Assembly (NCBI RefSeq): GCF_041956535.1
Contig: NW_027192192.1
Coordinates: forward strand, 117,700-181,699
Reading direction: 5' to 3'
Length of the DNA stretch: 64,000 bases
From: Calcarisporiella thermophila CBS 279.70
Lineage: Eukaryota > Fungi > Calcarisporiellomycota
This document shows positions 25,219-38,668 of this stretch, piece after piece (positions within the stretch are counted from its first letter, which is position 1; each line of letters starts with the position of its first letter). Both the position numbers and the translations under genes were made by a program. The notes below the pieces were generated by a model. The model did not search any database. It was given only the letters and a program-made list of their open reading frames with translations, and had not been told where the DNA came from.

Positions 25219-25791
25219 TCAGCGTGAGGAGGCCCCGACGTTATACGTGACTTGTGCATTGGCTCGGTTGGCGAGGGCCAGGCGATGCAGCTGATTCTTC
25301 TTATCCAACGCTCCACTCGCACCATTGATGACGGCCAAGATCTCGGAGCTCAGCCGTGTGCTGAAATCCTTCTCGGGGCGTTTTGCGGCGGCCTCCAGCA
25401 GCCACACAATGGCCTTCCGTCTCCTTTGGCGTTCTCGAAGCGGGCGTGGGGCCTGCACCACCTTGGAGCCCTTGCGGGTTGCGCTCATGGCCACCATGGG
25501 GCTAGCCAGCTCGATGGCTTCGCAAAGGATGGTATAGGGATCGGCATTCGTGCGCCGGCGGACCTCCAGCAGAGCCTGGGCGACCAGGCGCTCGGCTCGT
25601 GCCTTCTTGCCATCCTTCATTATGGTATTTACGAGCTGGGAGAGAAGCGGATCATCGCGCAACGGCTTCTGCGTGTCGGGGGCGATGAGTTGTGAAGAGG
25701 GGAGGATGGAGAGGGACTGGGACGCGGGGGTAGTATGCAGCGGTCGTGCGAAGATGCGTGATGTGAGCGGCAGCAATCTTGAGAGGAACAT
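25219..25791 (-). CDS. RSM7: Mitochondrial ribosomal protein S7 (uS7m), intronless
   Basis: Arg/Leu/Ser-rich presequence, followed by LVNTIMKDGKKARAE, PRPLRERQRRRKAIVWL and HRLALANRAN. Confidence 0.93.
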   Translation of the reverse strand: MFLSRLLPLTSRIFARPLHTTPASQSLSILPSSQLIAPDTQKPLRDDPLLSQLVNTIMKDGKKARAERLVAQALLEVRRRTNADPYTILCEAIELASPMVAMSATRKGSKVVQAPRPLRERQRRRKAIVWLLEAAAKRPEKDFSTRLSSEILAVINGASGALDKKNQLHRLALANRANAQVTYNVGASSR

Positions 25792-28595
25792 GGTTGGAAG
25801 TGATCAAATCAAAGGAGCTCCGTGCTTCTCTGGACTCTCTACCCCGTCAAGTTATGGAAGCTATGTGGCGCAGCTGTAAATAAATAAAATCCAGAGTGTA
25901 TGCGAACGCGGCCAGTGACCGATTTAGAAAAAGAAGCGATATTTTCTTCGGTTTTCAAGAAATCTCTCTTTACACATCATAGATACCTTTAAAAAAGAGG
26001 GGAAAAAAAGAAAATATAGGGAGTAGCTAGGAGAAGGAGCTGTGCGTACAATTTCTTGGGCGCGTTTTTACTATAGATCGTTTCGTAACCATGGATAAGC
26101 GGTCTGCACCCCCAAGTGCACATAACTGAATGAATGCATGCTTGAGTTTATCGGCTGGATCTATGCGTCACTATGGCTATTACAGACTCGCTTGGACCCT
26201 ATCAATGAGGTGGAGCGGGTTGCCCTGATGGACGGCCATGCTTGTTTAGCTCCCACTTCATCAGTGCCATTATGTAAATTATGCAGAGGAAGAGCAATGC
26301 TGTCCTCGTAATTCTAGAGGAAGAGTGAGGCTGGCTTTTTTCGATGATGCAAGGAAAACCTTGTGTATTTACGTTTCTTCTAGAATTGGGTCTCGGCTGC
26401 TTCGCGTTGCAACCGATCCTACACAATGAAAACACGTTTCTCGTTTCTAACGCATACAGCTTGCCAGCGGGAAATCTCAAGTGAGCTGGTGCATCTTCTC
26501 TTGTCCAGATATTACTCGAAGGCAGCTCCACCAGCTTCACGCTTTTTCATATATGCGTGGATACAATAACAGGATAAAGGCAGGGGCATGAAAGACGGTT
26601 TGTTTTATTCCCCCCTCTCCCCCCTAGGATCTTCTTTTTTTGATGGCTGCCTTGCCCCTGACCCACACGATAGAGTCGAAGGAAGAGCGGGGTGGACCGC
26701 CTCGTCCGCTAGCCCGATTTTCCTAGGGAGGAGGCCTCCCGGTGCTACACAACTATGTCAACTTTCTTTAGGTGGCACTATGACTCATCCAACGGGGCAT
26801 CGGGGTAGGAGAAGAGCGCAGCTGTCAGAGACGCCAATCGGAGGGGATGATGTCAGGCGATGAGTGGAGCTGGCGAACGTGAGAAGGACGAAAAAAAAAA
26901 CGAGACGTCTTTCGAGGCGAGCGCACCTCGATGGCACTCCAATTGAGCTGCGCGAAGAACCAAGAGATGACCCGTATTTAAAAAACCTTGTGTTATTCTG
27001 CCGCAAATCTTCTCGCCTCATCTCACCTCATGCTTGTTTCCCCCCGCCCGACGACCGGTTCCTGCGAGCAAGCAATGCCGCCCCGAGTGAGAGGGGGGGG
27101 GGACCGGCTGCCTTTCACCTTTCTGCATGATTGTCCTGCCAACGGGCCGCGTTCCCCTGGATGGTTCACTCTCAGGCCCTCACGTGTGAGTTGTTGTGAA
27201 AGAGAAAGAATACGGCTGATTTCCAAAAACAACCTGCCGCGAACCTTTTTTTTAATGAAACCATATTAGATAAGAAAGGTTTCTCCGGCAGGCTGCCGCT
27301 GCCCGGACAAGGACTCGCGTCCTGAAACAAGGAGGGCCAGCAGAAGCGACTTTGTGCTCGCTGTTCACTAAAGAGAAGAACAGCCATCTCCCCCAGAGGG
27401 CTTGCTTGAACGCCGCAGCCAGAAAGGTTTGCTGATTCAGCAAGGTTCTGCGTGGCGACTAGACACGCCGCAAAGCATGCGTAGGCTAAGGCGGGATAAA
27501 ATTTAATTAAATATTTCCTAAATGACGCAGCGCGCTATGCTCCTCCGGCCTCCATCACGTGAAGAGGTCGAACCATCGACTCTTGGGCGGTCTACGCAGA
27601 GCGGGTGGATGCAAGGGGTAGAGAGTCGAGAGCCATGCTCTCGACGCTTCCCTTGTCATGGTTGGCAGAGTGATCCTTACATGGAAAGCGCTTTTTTTTC
27701 CTTAGACACTCCCCTTCAAGATCCGCTCGATTGTGCACACCCAGCTTTGCGTGGAGCTCAGCACGCTCCAGAGCCGGTTATGCAAGGACAGCTTCCTCGC
27801 TTTGATATTATATTGGATGGAGTTACAAGCGCGTGCCTTGTGCATTCCACAGGAAAGGCGGGACTTCTATTATTCTGTCTGTGAAGCGGCAGCCTATCAT
27901 TTTTCCTTAAAGCTAGACCATTCATCCGTGACCCTCCCTCCCGCTTTATTGTCCATGTTATTGCCCAGTGAAGGAGTGCAGGGCGATGTTTATTTGCATG
28001 GATTTGATAAAGTTTGATACTGTTAAGGAACGCTAGACCAGCAGGCACTGGTCGACACCAAGTATGGGAGGGAGGAGGAGGGGAGCAACATGGCCGCTAT
28101 CTCAAGGTGGAGGAGTCCTAATGTTCGGTGAATGTCATTGTGAATGCTTGCGATTTGAAATCAGATGAGCACCCCGGCAGATCGGGATTGGGTTGCCGAG
28201 GTTGACTCCCGTGCAAACGAGCGATAGAGATGAGAGAGGGCGGCCGGGGCCGCTTTCCATGGCCGTGCCAGATACCACATGACAGAGTTTATGAAGAGAC
28301 AACAAAGCTGCGCATGATTTTTCTCACATTATTAATATGGCTTCTACTGAAGAAATCGAGAGACGAAGAACAACATGATGGGTACTCTATGGAAGAAAAG
28401 AATAAATACACCAGACAGAGAACATGAGGGTATAGCAGGAGTTATATATATAGCAATACGTGAGTGGTATAATAATGAGATGGGAAGGGGGAAGGGGGAG
28501 GAGAGTGCAGGAGGATTGCGGGAACGAGGGCGAGGATGTCCATTTTATTTTTCGGGGGCTGAGTGCTCACAGAGCCGAGTTTTGGTTCGCCACGG

Positions 28596-28718
28596 TCACT
28601 TGCAACGATGGGCGCGGCAGCCGTCGCTGCGTTGGCGGATGAGATGAATGGTGGCGTGGTGGTAGCGCAAGTCGCCCGGACTCGAGAAAGTGGCCCCGCA
28701 GTATTCGCACCTCCACAT
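28596..28718 (-). CDS. 40-aa microprotein consisting of one C2H2 zinc finger
   Basis: MWRCEYCGATFSSPGDLRYHHATIHLIRQRSDGCRAHRCK* matches aromatic-x-C-x2-C-x3-F-x5-L-x2-H-x4-H. The ATG has A at -3, and TATATAAG lies on the same strand at 28916-28909. Confidence 0.65.
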   Translation of the reverse strand: MWRCEYCGATFSSPGDLRYHHATIHLIRQRSDGCRAHRCK

Positions 28719-31289
28719 TGTATTGGATGGGTATCGTATGGAATGGGATGATAGGGGTATGGGCTATAGCACGGGGGGAGGGGGAGGGGGAGAGGGGGAC
28801 GGGGATGGGCGTGAGGGGTAGCGCGCGCGCAAGCGAGGCTTGGTAGAGGAGAAAGGGGGGGGGGGAGGGAAACAGAGTGAAGTGGAGTGGCCGACGGCAC
28901 CACCTACCCTTATATACAAATAAACTGAGTTTGAGTTTCAACGCGACCAAGGCATTTCCCCAAAAAAAGTCTGTGTGTCTCGGGGTTGCAGGAGAGAGTT
29001 GCGGTGATCGTATATGGAATAGAAAACAACCCGCAGGAATGATTGATGGATCATGTTGGAAAAAAAAAATACGTTCGGAGAAGCAGGCTCCACGTGTTTG
29101 ACAGATTGATTGCACAATTGATAGGATTAAATGTCCACAAGAAATACACGCGACCACTGCCATCGCGTACCTTGTTGGCTCCGGCCGGGCTGCAAGCCCA
29201 AATGGGAGCTAAAAAAAAAGCAGCTCATCCGCCGTGCGATGCTAAAAGATTTGCCGGCAGGTTACTCTACAGCATAGAGTCATGGTGGGGGGGAAACCGT
29301 GGCTCAGGCCGCCGCGATGACAACGAGGGCGAGGGGCGGGGGGAGCTGAGTCTGTGTGGGGCGGTAAGAGTTTGAATACAATAAACACACGGAAATTGGT
29401 AGTATGGCGAAGGAAGCGGTGTATGAATCGGTGAGGAGAAGGCTCCTGCGTGAATAATTGGGGATGATATCATCCTGGTGCTTGTACCACGACGCCTTCG
29501 AAAATGTGGCAGCTTCGATATTAGCACTACATAACGCGTATAGAATCATTATTTGTCAGGAGAAATCTAAGCTCTCCAAGATCTTAGTTACTATTTTCCT
29601 GCTTCGTGGCATGGACAACGTAAGCCCCTCGCCGCATTATACAGCTCTATAGAACCACATGTCAACCCTAAACTGCGCGCGAGGAGGGGGAGGCAAAGAA
29701 AGGTTAAGTTTTCCCCCCTCTTCCCCCCATGGGAGCCACTCAAGCCCGAGTCGAGCGGGCGTTGATTGCTCGGAAAATAGGTTTGATTGTCTTATTAATG
29801 CGAGCGGGCTTATGAGCCTACGGGGGGGACTGGGCCGCGAGGTTTGTGGATGGCTTGTCGCCAGGGCTTTCTATTTCAGAAATGGCGCGGTGGACTTTTT
29901 TTATTACTTTTCGGGGGGGGAATAAAGGTTATTCCCGTTAAGATTGCCTGGATGTAGAACAGAGGAGGGGGTGGTGAAATGAAAACGTCTTGCACGATGC
30001 CGATTGCGGCCGCCCTCTCCTTGTGTCCACTTGCAAGGTTAGATTGGCTTGAGCCGCTGAGTACGTGGCCACGCGCTCGTCTCCCAGGCGGCATGGGAGA
30101 ACGAAAAAAGCACAAGCCCCAATCTGCCTTTCCTCGCCCTTCCACGCCCCTCTGCCCCCCCCCCCCCCGGCAGCGGCTGTCGGTAGCAAGGAGTTACAGT
30201 CGGTTGCCACGGGATTGGAGGTAAGCGCTGATTGCTTCGAGGCTTCCGCTCGCGCGAAGTTGTGTTCAAACCTTAACCGAAAAGCCGAGCATCTCCCTCG
30301 CTCCCGCCCTCTCCCCTCGCTCCCCTCTAGGCGACCTCGATACAAAGGGGCCGAATGAACGCTTGCTGCCTATTTCGGGTGCCACGTTATGTGAAAGCCG
30401 ACGCTGGCGGCCACGGACCGATTTACCCTGGGGGGCAGTGTGAAATTTAAATGCGATTATTCACGAGTAATATAGGAGATTTTGCTTCTCGAGCAAGCAT
30501 CTGGAATCCAGGGGGTCACGGTGGAAAAAAAAGAAAATGCATGCAGTGCCGAAAGATACCAGAGAACAAAACAGGACAGAGCAACATTAAAAAGATATAA
30601 ATCCCAATATTCCCTCACCCAACCAGCCTCCTCAAACTTTTCCTCCCTCCATTGAGTCATCTCCGGCCATAGTTCCGAGAGCTGTGCTTGGCTGAGCAGA
30701 GCAGGCCTCCAAATTTTAAAGAGAAATGAAGCCCAAGGAGTAGGGCCGAAAAAGCGAAAATGGGCTTGTACGGTTTAGGGTTCTCCAAGCCCAAGCACGG
30801 AAAGGGAGGGGAGGGAAGAGATCTATAGAACAAATAGAAGATTTTCGCTGGTGTCCGAGGGGAGGAAAGCTAGTGGAGGACGGCGCTTGCTTCGGCTTTT
30901 GAAAACGGAAGCAAAGGGGACCCTTGTTTCGCTTTGCTGGGATACAGCTTGTTTACGGATCTCCAGATGTTTGGATACAAGAAAGTAGGTTTGCGAATTA
31001 TTCGGAGAGTCCGGCTATAAACATCAAGCACGTTGCTGGCTGAGTCAGAAAATGGGGCAAAGTATATTCTGGATAAACAAAAGAGAAGAAAACAAAAATA
31101 ACATGGAACACGAAGGAAAAGATTAAAGGACATGTGGAGGAAACAAAAAATAAAATAAACATTAAAGAGCTGGGAATAGACAGAAATAAAAACTTTTTAT
31201 ATACCGTGACAGGGTCTTGCGGAGATTAAATCGTAATCATGTATATATTTCGACTTTATATATAAAAATAGTGGAGGAGGGTAAGGGGC

Positions 31290-34200
31290 TTAGTACCGTG
31301 CCGCATGCATGCTTACATTGTCAGTACCCTTGGTCGACAAATAACCTTGCCATTCCTCGTCACCGCTGTCTTCGTCGTCCTCTTCCCAGTCACCCCTGGC
31401 AGGCTCTGATTTTTGAGAAATGGAGAAGTGGTTCGTGCTCCCGTTTTCCAACACTTTCGGTGTTTCCTGTTTAGGGTGGTATCCGGTCCACTCCTCCTCT
31501 TCATCTTCTTCATCCTCCTCTTCCTTCCCTTGAATTTGATCACTTGGTTCCGCCTGAGGTCGATAGCCGGTCCATTCTTCGTCATCGTCATCGTCATCGT
31601 CGTCGTTCTCTTCTTCTTGGGGTGGTTGCACATCATTCGTATGATGTGCTTGAGCTGGGCTCTCCACCTTGTAATTGACCGAGCGATATCCCATCCACTC
31701 CTCTTCTTCCTCTTCTTCATCGTGGGTGTTGTTTGCAAATGTGATTTCTTCGACGGGTCGCAATGTCGTCCTATTATCCAATGAGTGATAGCCAGTCCAT
31801 TCTTCTTCGTCTTCCTCTATCTCTTCCTCTTTAACGTCTTCTCCCGCCCCATTGATAGGCTCCGCCTCTGCTTCCCGTGCAGCATATTCGACTGGTAATG
31901 GTTGGGTCGAAGAAAGATCCTTCATTTGACGATATCCTTTCCACTCCTCCTCCTCCGCCTCCTCGTCCTCTGCTTCTGCTTCTGCTTCTGTTTCTGCTTC
32001 TTGCTCTTCCCTCGTTGCTGGTAAAATTTCTACATTTTCAGAAGAGACCACATTGGCTTCTTCGTTGGCTTGACCATTCGATAAAGCTCGGTATCCCTGC
32101 CACTCTTCGTCCTCATCTTCTCCATCCTGTTGCTTGGGAAGCGCCTTGCTTGCCTCTTCTATTCCGTTCGCTGATGCACTGGGTTCCCGATTCGAAAGGT
32201 TGGCGGCTACCCTATAGCCCATCCACACATCATCATTCTCCTCTTCCTCTTCAAATGCTGAAACCCTCGACGTGATGGGCAAAAGCTCGGACTCCTTCTC
32301 AAGACTTGAACTTGGTCCAGGTGAAGGCGTGGACGGCAGCTCTGGAGTGGGAGGGGCTTCTGGTACAGCAGCCTGATTTTCCGAGGCAAATTCATTCGGC
32401 GTCACAGTCGCATCCTTGTTCTCTGCCTCGACAGGTGGCTCTGTAGAATCCGGTGCTTCTGCCACCATTTCGGTTTCGTTGGGAGTTTCGACAGGTGTAA
32501 TGGCCACATCATTGGTAAGGGCGGGTGCGAGATTGTTTTGGGATGGTTCGGTAACATCGGTTGTGGTTGGTTCCACATTATCTTCCGGTTGAGTGGCATC
32601 AACATCTGTTGCTGGTGCTGGCTGGGAAGTCAGTGGAGATGGGTGTGCGGGCTCATCCTTTGGCAATGGGCTGCTCTCGGAAGCGACAGCCGAAGGGATG
32701 GAGTCGGAGTGAGAAGCCTCAATCTCCTCTTGCACGGTTTGCAAGCTCCTTTCAAATTCGGTCGGGGTGGCTAGCCGCTCAAGCGTAGCATTAGAAACGG
32801 GCTGGTTCTTGATATCTTGAACAATGGGTTTTATAGCCTCCGCCGATGTCTTCGAGGGTGAGTCATTCGGGGTGAGCGATGGCACCAAGAGAGTCTCCCC
32901 ACTGCGTAGAGGTTCCACCATGATGCTCTCTTCAATAAGCTGCTTGCTCGTAAGGTAAACCCTGGACACCAGCCAATGATGCAACGCTAAGTCTCCGTCG
33001 CCCAACAGACGCAAGTCCACCGGGTCGAGCCCGTTCTCCTCAAGCAGCGAGCGAGAGGAGGAGGATGAGGAGAAGGAGCGAGTGAGATCCGGCCGAGAGC
33101 CACTTGTTCCGGCCCCACGCTGACATCGTTCCAGAAGTGAAAGTCCCTCGTTGGCCTTCATGTCTTCGAGGTGGGCCTCCATCCATGGGACTGCCAAGAT
33201 TCCTTCCGAGCGCTTTACTGTCGCGCAAACCTCTGCCACTTTCTCTGCCAGCAAAGATTTGTATCTTGCATAATAGCCTTCGGGCGAAATGTATTCTTCT
33301 AGCACCTTCAAGACTTCTCGGGTACGGCTTGGCACCCGTGACCAGAGCCGTTGCAAGCGGCGCACTTCTGGACAGGTTAGAGCTTTGCACACGGCAACAA
33401 ATCCATTGAAGTCCCGGTACGAGTGCAAAAGTCGATCGGCCACTTGTACGTAGGATGTGACCAGATCTTCTGTCGGATCCAGGACTATCAGCTGGTGCGC
33501 AAGACTATGGGTGAGGAATTGGTGAAAATCCACGCACAACTTGACCCCTGCTACTTCTTCACCAGCGGTTCCGCCCTCTGCAGCAGAATACGAAGCATCG
33601 CTATGCAATGCGACTTGGGCAAACAGTCGTGCATCGATGATAGCGATTTGGCGAGCTATGGCATCAGGGCGCCACTGGCTGAATTTCTTCGCCGATGCAG
33701 CCCGAATCCAGGCACGGGTTCGCTCTTGCCGTTGTTGCTCATACTTGACTTGCTCATAGAGCCGCTTTGCTTCAGGAGAAAGGGTGGCTGGTTTTGGTTT
33801 TGTATTTACCATTGCGTTAAGCTTGCGGTCAGCCACAGAGCCTGCATGCATCGACATCAGGAGTTGGCGGACAAGGGGTGAGAGTGGGATCTGTGGAAGA
33901 CGAGCATGGCGTCTAGAATGAGCATAGTCGGTTATTGAAGGGCTATGGAGGCTGCTAGTAGACGAGGGTCTGGAGAGCACGGAAGTGGGGGTCATTGGGC
34001 GCGAAGGCGCTATAGGGGTCGATTGGAGTATTTTTTCCGATTTTTGGAGACATTCGTAGAGTTCTCGAAAGAGAGCGGCAGTTTCGTCAGGTTTTGTGTG
34101 CAGCTTATCTAAAAAGCGAAGAAAGATAAAGGATGAATGAGAAGAAGTCTCGGTAAAAGTGGAGAGAACGAAAATTATTAAGCCCATGCTAACAGCGCGG

Positions 34201-34455
34201 CGTAATGTGGACATTCTCCTACCTTTGCTTGAGAACATAACATCGACACGGAGTTTCTGCAAGATGAGTTTAGCTCTTCGCGTATATGCTGCATACGCTT
34301 CCTAGATGGGCCACATAATTGGAAGTGGAAATAAAAGCATGGAGGGGGAGGGCTCAATAAGGGGAAAGAGAGTCATCCGCCAACTGGTATTAATGACAAA
34401 CCTTCAAGTTTCCGTCCCTTTCATACTGGGCAGCTAGGCCTATGGGATCGCTCAT
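31290..34455 (-). CDS. RasGEF (CDC25-homology)-like protein with long acidic repeat tail
   Basis: IARQIAIIDARLF, DFNGFVAVCKAL..VRRLQRLW, YARYK and VPWMEAHLEDM resemble the RasGEF core. The proposed first exons read MSDPIGLAAQYERDGNLK|EAYAAY. The C-terminus has eight acidic WxGY repeats. Confidence 0.75.
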
Positions 34456-34666
34456 TATGCAGCCTTATCCTTAGCGCCTTGCGCAGATGATATTCTTTTC
34501 TCTCTTGACGTACAACCGTAAAAAAATATCTGACCGTGAAAACGAAAGCAAATTCGATTGAAAAAAATAGTGCTGCGCCACGAACCGATTCTCGAGTTTG
34601 GTGGAAATGTTTTATTTTCTCCTGTAGAGTAGATCCCGACCACTGCTATAATTCTTCTAAGCAGAC

Positions 34667-37367
34667 ATGGCACCTAACTCGAATAAACTAGAGTCTGAGC
34701 CAGTACTCCAGGCCATTGTTCTGGCAGACAGCTTCAATGAACGATTCAGGCCCATTACCATCGATAAACCACGGGTATACTTTGATTCATACGCGAAATG
34801 CTTGCCGGTGGTATTGACCCATTTCCTCTGAATAGTGTTTGCTCCCTCTATGCAATGTCCCGTTAATTGAATACACGCTTGAATCACTGGTTATCTCCGG
34901 TGTCGAGGAAATATTCGTTTTCTGCTGTGCTCACTCTGACCAGATCAAGGAATATATCAAGTGAGAAACTCCATGTGAAGAGTAATGATCTTATTGGCAC
35001 TTATTGGTGTACCTCTTTTTTTTCTATTATCATGTGAGCAGGAACTCAAAATACAGCAAACCACATTCCCCAGTTACTATTAAGACCATCGTGTCTCAGG
35101 AACTCTACTCGGTGGGAGATGCGCTTCGAGACCTGGATGCCAAAGGTCTTATTACAAACGATTTTATCCTTGTAAGTGGCGATGTTGTATCAAATATTCG
35201 CCTGGATAAAGCACTAGAAGTCCATCGGTAATCTTCCTGATCTACTGTTATGCGCAGATGAACTGTTTTGGCTGATATTTTACTGTTGTAGAGCACGGCG
35301 TGCACAGGACAAAAATGCCATCATGACCATGGTGCTTAAAAAAGGAAGCGCTCGCCATCGCACGCGGGCACTTGACGAAGCGGCCACGTTTGTGATTGAT
35401 TCAAAAACACACGAATGCGTTTATTACGAGTCATTAAAGGCTTATCCGCAAAAGAAGCGGGTTACCATGGAGCTGCGTGAGTTGAATATTTTCGAGAACC
35501 ATCCCGAGATCGAGTTTCGGAACGATTTGATCGACTGTCAAATCGACATTTGTTCGGTCGAGGTAAGTGCCATGTACCCAACCCCTCCTCGCAGTTGACC
35601 CTAGTTGAGCCTCCAATGCATTATAGGTGCTTGCCCTCTTCACGGAAAATTTCGACTACCAAAAAATGCGCGAACATTTTGTGCATGGCATCGTGACCTC
35701 CGATCTATTGGGCAAAACTATTTATTGCCATATTGTGGATGATGTGTATGCAGCTCGTGTCAGCAACACTCGACTCTACGACTCAGTTAGGTGAGTCACA
35801 GCACGGCACTTTCTTGACAACACAGGGAGAACTGTAGCCTAAATTTCACTATTCATTTATTTTAGCAAGGATATCATGTCAAGGTGGACCTATCCCCTTG
35901 TCCCCGACAGTAATCTCCAGGAGGGAGATGACTACGAGCATCTTCGAGGCAATATCTACAAACAGCGCGATGTTGTCTTATCGCGTAGCTGCAAACTCGG
36001 GGACAAGGTCATCATCGGCCGAGAGACCCACGTGGGCGAGAACGCTCAGGTGCGGGACTCTGTGATTGGAAGGGGATGTCGTATTGGGCCCAACGTGATA
36101 CTTGATGGTGCCTATTTGTGGGACGGCGTAGTGGTGGGAGCAGGCAGCACGGTTCGTAACTCGATCTTGGCGGATGGGGTTCGGTTGGAGGAGAGTGTTC
36201 ATGTGGAGGACGGGTGCTTGATCGCGTATAATGTAAATTTATTTCGAAAAGAAACGATAGTGTAGAAACATAACTCATATTTATTTTTTATTGGTAAGGT
36301 GGTGGTGGGGCCAAACGTAACACTTCCGCCTTTCACAAAATTAACACGGCACAAACATGTTTCCGAGACAGACGAGGATGAGTCGGATAGAGATGTTGCC
36401 GCTGACGAAGAAGATGATACCTTCCGTAAATTTAACTCTTTCTGAGCCTCCGTTATATTGAGGAAAGGGACTATAATTGAATTCACTTTCTGTATTAGAT
36501 TATGATACTAGTATAGTCGGCGAAAAGGGCGCTGGCTATCTTTATACTGATCCTACCCCGGATGAGGATGAGATGGATGACGATCTTGCCGAAGACTCTC
36601 GTAATTTGGACGCAGGTCGGTTGGGCGGCTCCTTGGCTGCCCTGAGCCTCGCTGAGAATGACGACGAAGATTCAGATTCAGATGCATCCGATAGTTCAGA
36701 CGACGAAGCCAATCGGGACGAGGATTTTACACGGGAGGTCATCGGAACTCTCGACCGTGCGTTCAACGAAAATCACACTGTAGATAACACTGCGCTTGAA
36801 ATCAACACTCTTCGCATGGCATTCAACACTACTTTCCACGATCTGCGAGAAATCGTGATCCCGTGGGTATCTAAACGTGTGGACTTTGGTGCAGATTTGG
36901 ATAGAAGCGTTCGGGCAGTACTGAAGCGGTGGGGTTCATTAATCGGTAAGGTGGCACAGGATGAAGAGGATCAAGTCGACGCATTATTAATTCTGCAGGT
37001 AAAATACAGCATATATATGAGCCATTTGGTGTAATGGATTGCTATATTAAACCGACTGTTCCTACAGCATCACTGCGCTGAGAATTCGCTGCCGGTCAAA
37101 TTTTTCCTCTTGGCGATGAAAAATCTCTACGAGTTGGAGGTACTCGATGAAGACTCCATTCTAGCTTGGTATTACTCCGAGACATCGAAATCCGGCTCGG
37201 CTGCGGAGCGTCAGTTGAGAGACAAGGTAAACCTCACCTCTATTCTGAACATGTCTTGTGTTTTGCCTCACATGCCCATCTCTGCTTTCATTTAGGCGAT
37301 TGTATTCATCAAGTGGCTTGAAGAGGCTGAGGAAGAAGATGACGATGACGAAGAGGATGACGAGTAG
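34667..37367 (+). CDS. GCD6: Translation initiation factor eIF2B epsilon subunit (multi-exon)
   Basis: [43 protein letters not shown], left-handed beta-helix hexapeptides, [11 protein letters not shown], and a C-terminal W2 domain ending [11 protein letters not shown]. Confidence 0.96.
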
Positions 37368-37875
37368 ATGTAAAAAAAATTTTTAATTTCGTTCAGTTCA
37401 TTTGAAATTGATTATGGAAATAAACAAACGCATTTCTTTTTACATTGGGGAGATGCATTAAGATAAGAGCAGAGATTAAATTTCGAAAAATCGAACTCCC
37501 AAGATTGGACCAATGCCCATTTCCTAATATGGAAACAACAGCATGGTCCATTGGTATGCGTTGGAATGTCAATCTTTTGATCGGATTTAAGCAGTCACAT
37601 TTTGGTGAGAAGGCCCATGAAAAATTGGAATTTTCATTCTTAACCTTCTCTTCTAGACACGTTTATGGGCCGTACGGTGCGTTCCACTGAATAAAAAAAA
37701 TACATTTTCTTAGCTTAACTCTTATGAATGGTATGTGATATATAAAGAAGTTTTCAAGGAAATTCCTCCTTCTTTTTAGATTTTCAAGCTCTCTTCCTCT
37801 GCCTCATCAACCTTAGCCGTTCTCTTGTGCCCGCCTGAAGACAATAGCATAACAACTCCAAGACAAGAAAATAGA

Positions 37876-38668
37876 ATGCTTTTAATGCGACTTCGGACCT
37901 CTATTGTCTCCATCCTCATCTTCTTGGTCCTTATAGCCCAGCACATAAGTGTATGCAGTGGAGGTGGGTAGAATGGATGGCATTGGCGGAAAACTTGGCT
38001 TTTCATGCTAAATCAAGCTTATAGATACGTTTAGGATACGAATTCCTCAAGATAATGCGACCGCCAGGGCGGGAAGCAAAATGCCATTTCAGCTTCAAGG
38101 TGAGTGTTTGATCCAAACCAACGCTCCTTTAATTTTTTTTCCTTATCCATTTCATTTGCATATAGTGGTCTATCAGGATGTGGCGATGCTACATTCGGTC
38201 CAAGTGCAACTTATCGATGGGAATGGGAACATATTAGCAGATGATCTCGCAAAAGCGACTCGTCCTGAATGGGAGCAGGGCCGCACCTACAACGGTACCG
38301 TGTTGATTCCGACCAACATCTCTCCCGGAGACTATGTACTACGTGTGGTAGGCAACGAAACATACAGATGTGGAGAAATGCGATCTGTATGCTCAGCCAA
38401 TATCACGAGTGAAACCCCGATACATGTCGTATCAAAAGGTATGTTTTATCGTCCTCCTTCCCGACGATTTATTTCATTTTTATTATCTGGTATGTGAAAT
38501 GTAACCTTTGCCCATACTACTCTCTCCTGATTCTTAGATTCAAAAGATATCGGACCATATGCAGTCTATTCGCCCGCCTCCTCCTCCACCTTCTTATTAA
38601 CAAACGTGTACATGTTTGCTCTCCCCACCCTTTTTATTCTTACCCTGGAATTATTCTTGTTATTTTAG
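37876..38668 (+). CDS. Small secreted, probably GPI-anchored beta-sandwich (Kre9/Knh1-N-like) cell-surface protein (4 exons)
   Basis: Signal peptide MLLMRLRTSIVSILIFLVLI, core ..VLIPTNISPGDYVLRVVG, and a spliced hydrophobic C-terminus ..MFALPTLFILTLELFLLF*. The family assignment is tentative. Confidence 0.65.

Noticed and set aside
25800-31200. Many 60-200 aa ORFs in the gene desert (e.g. 28442-28903, 28567-29163, 27522-27884)
   Set aside because: They arise from GC-rich and homopolymer tracts and show no domains or coherent splice structure. Only the 40-aa zinc-finger ORF is credible.
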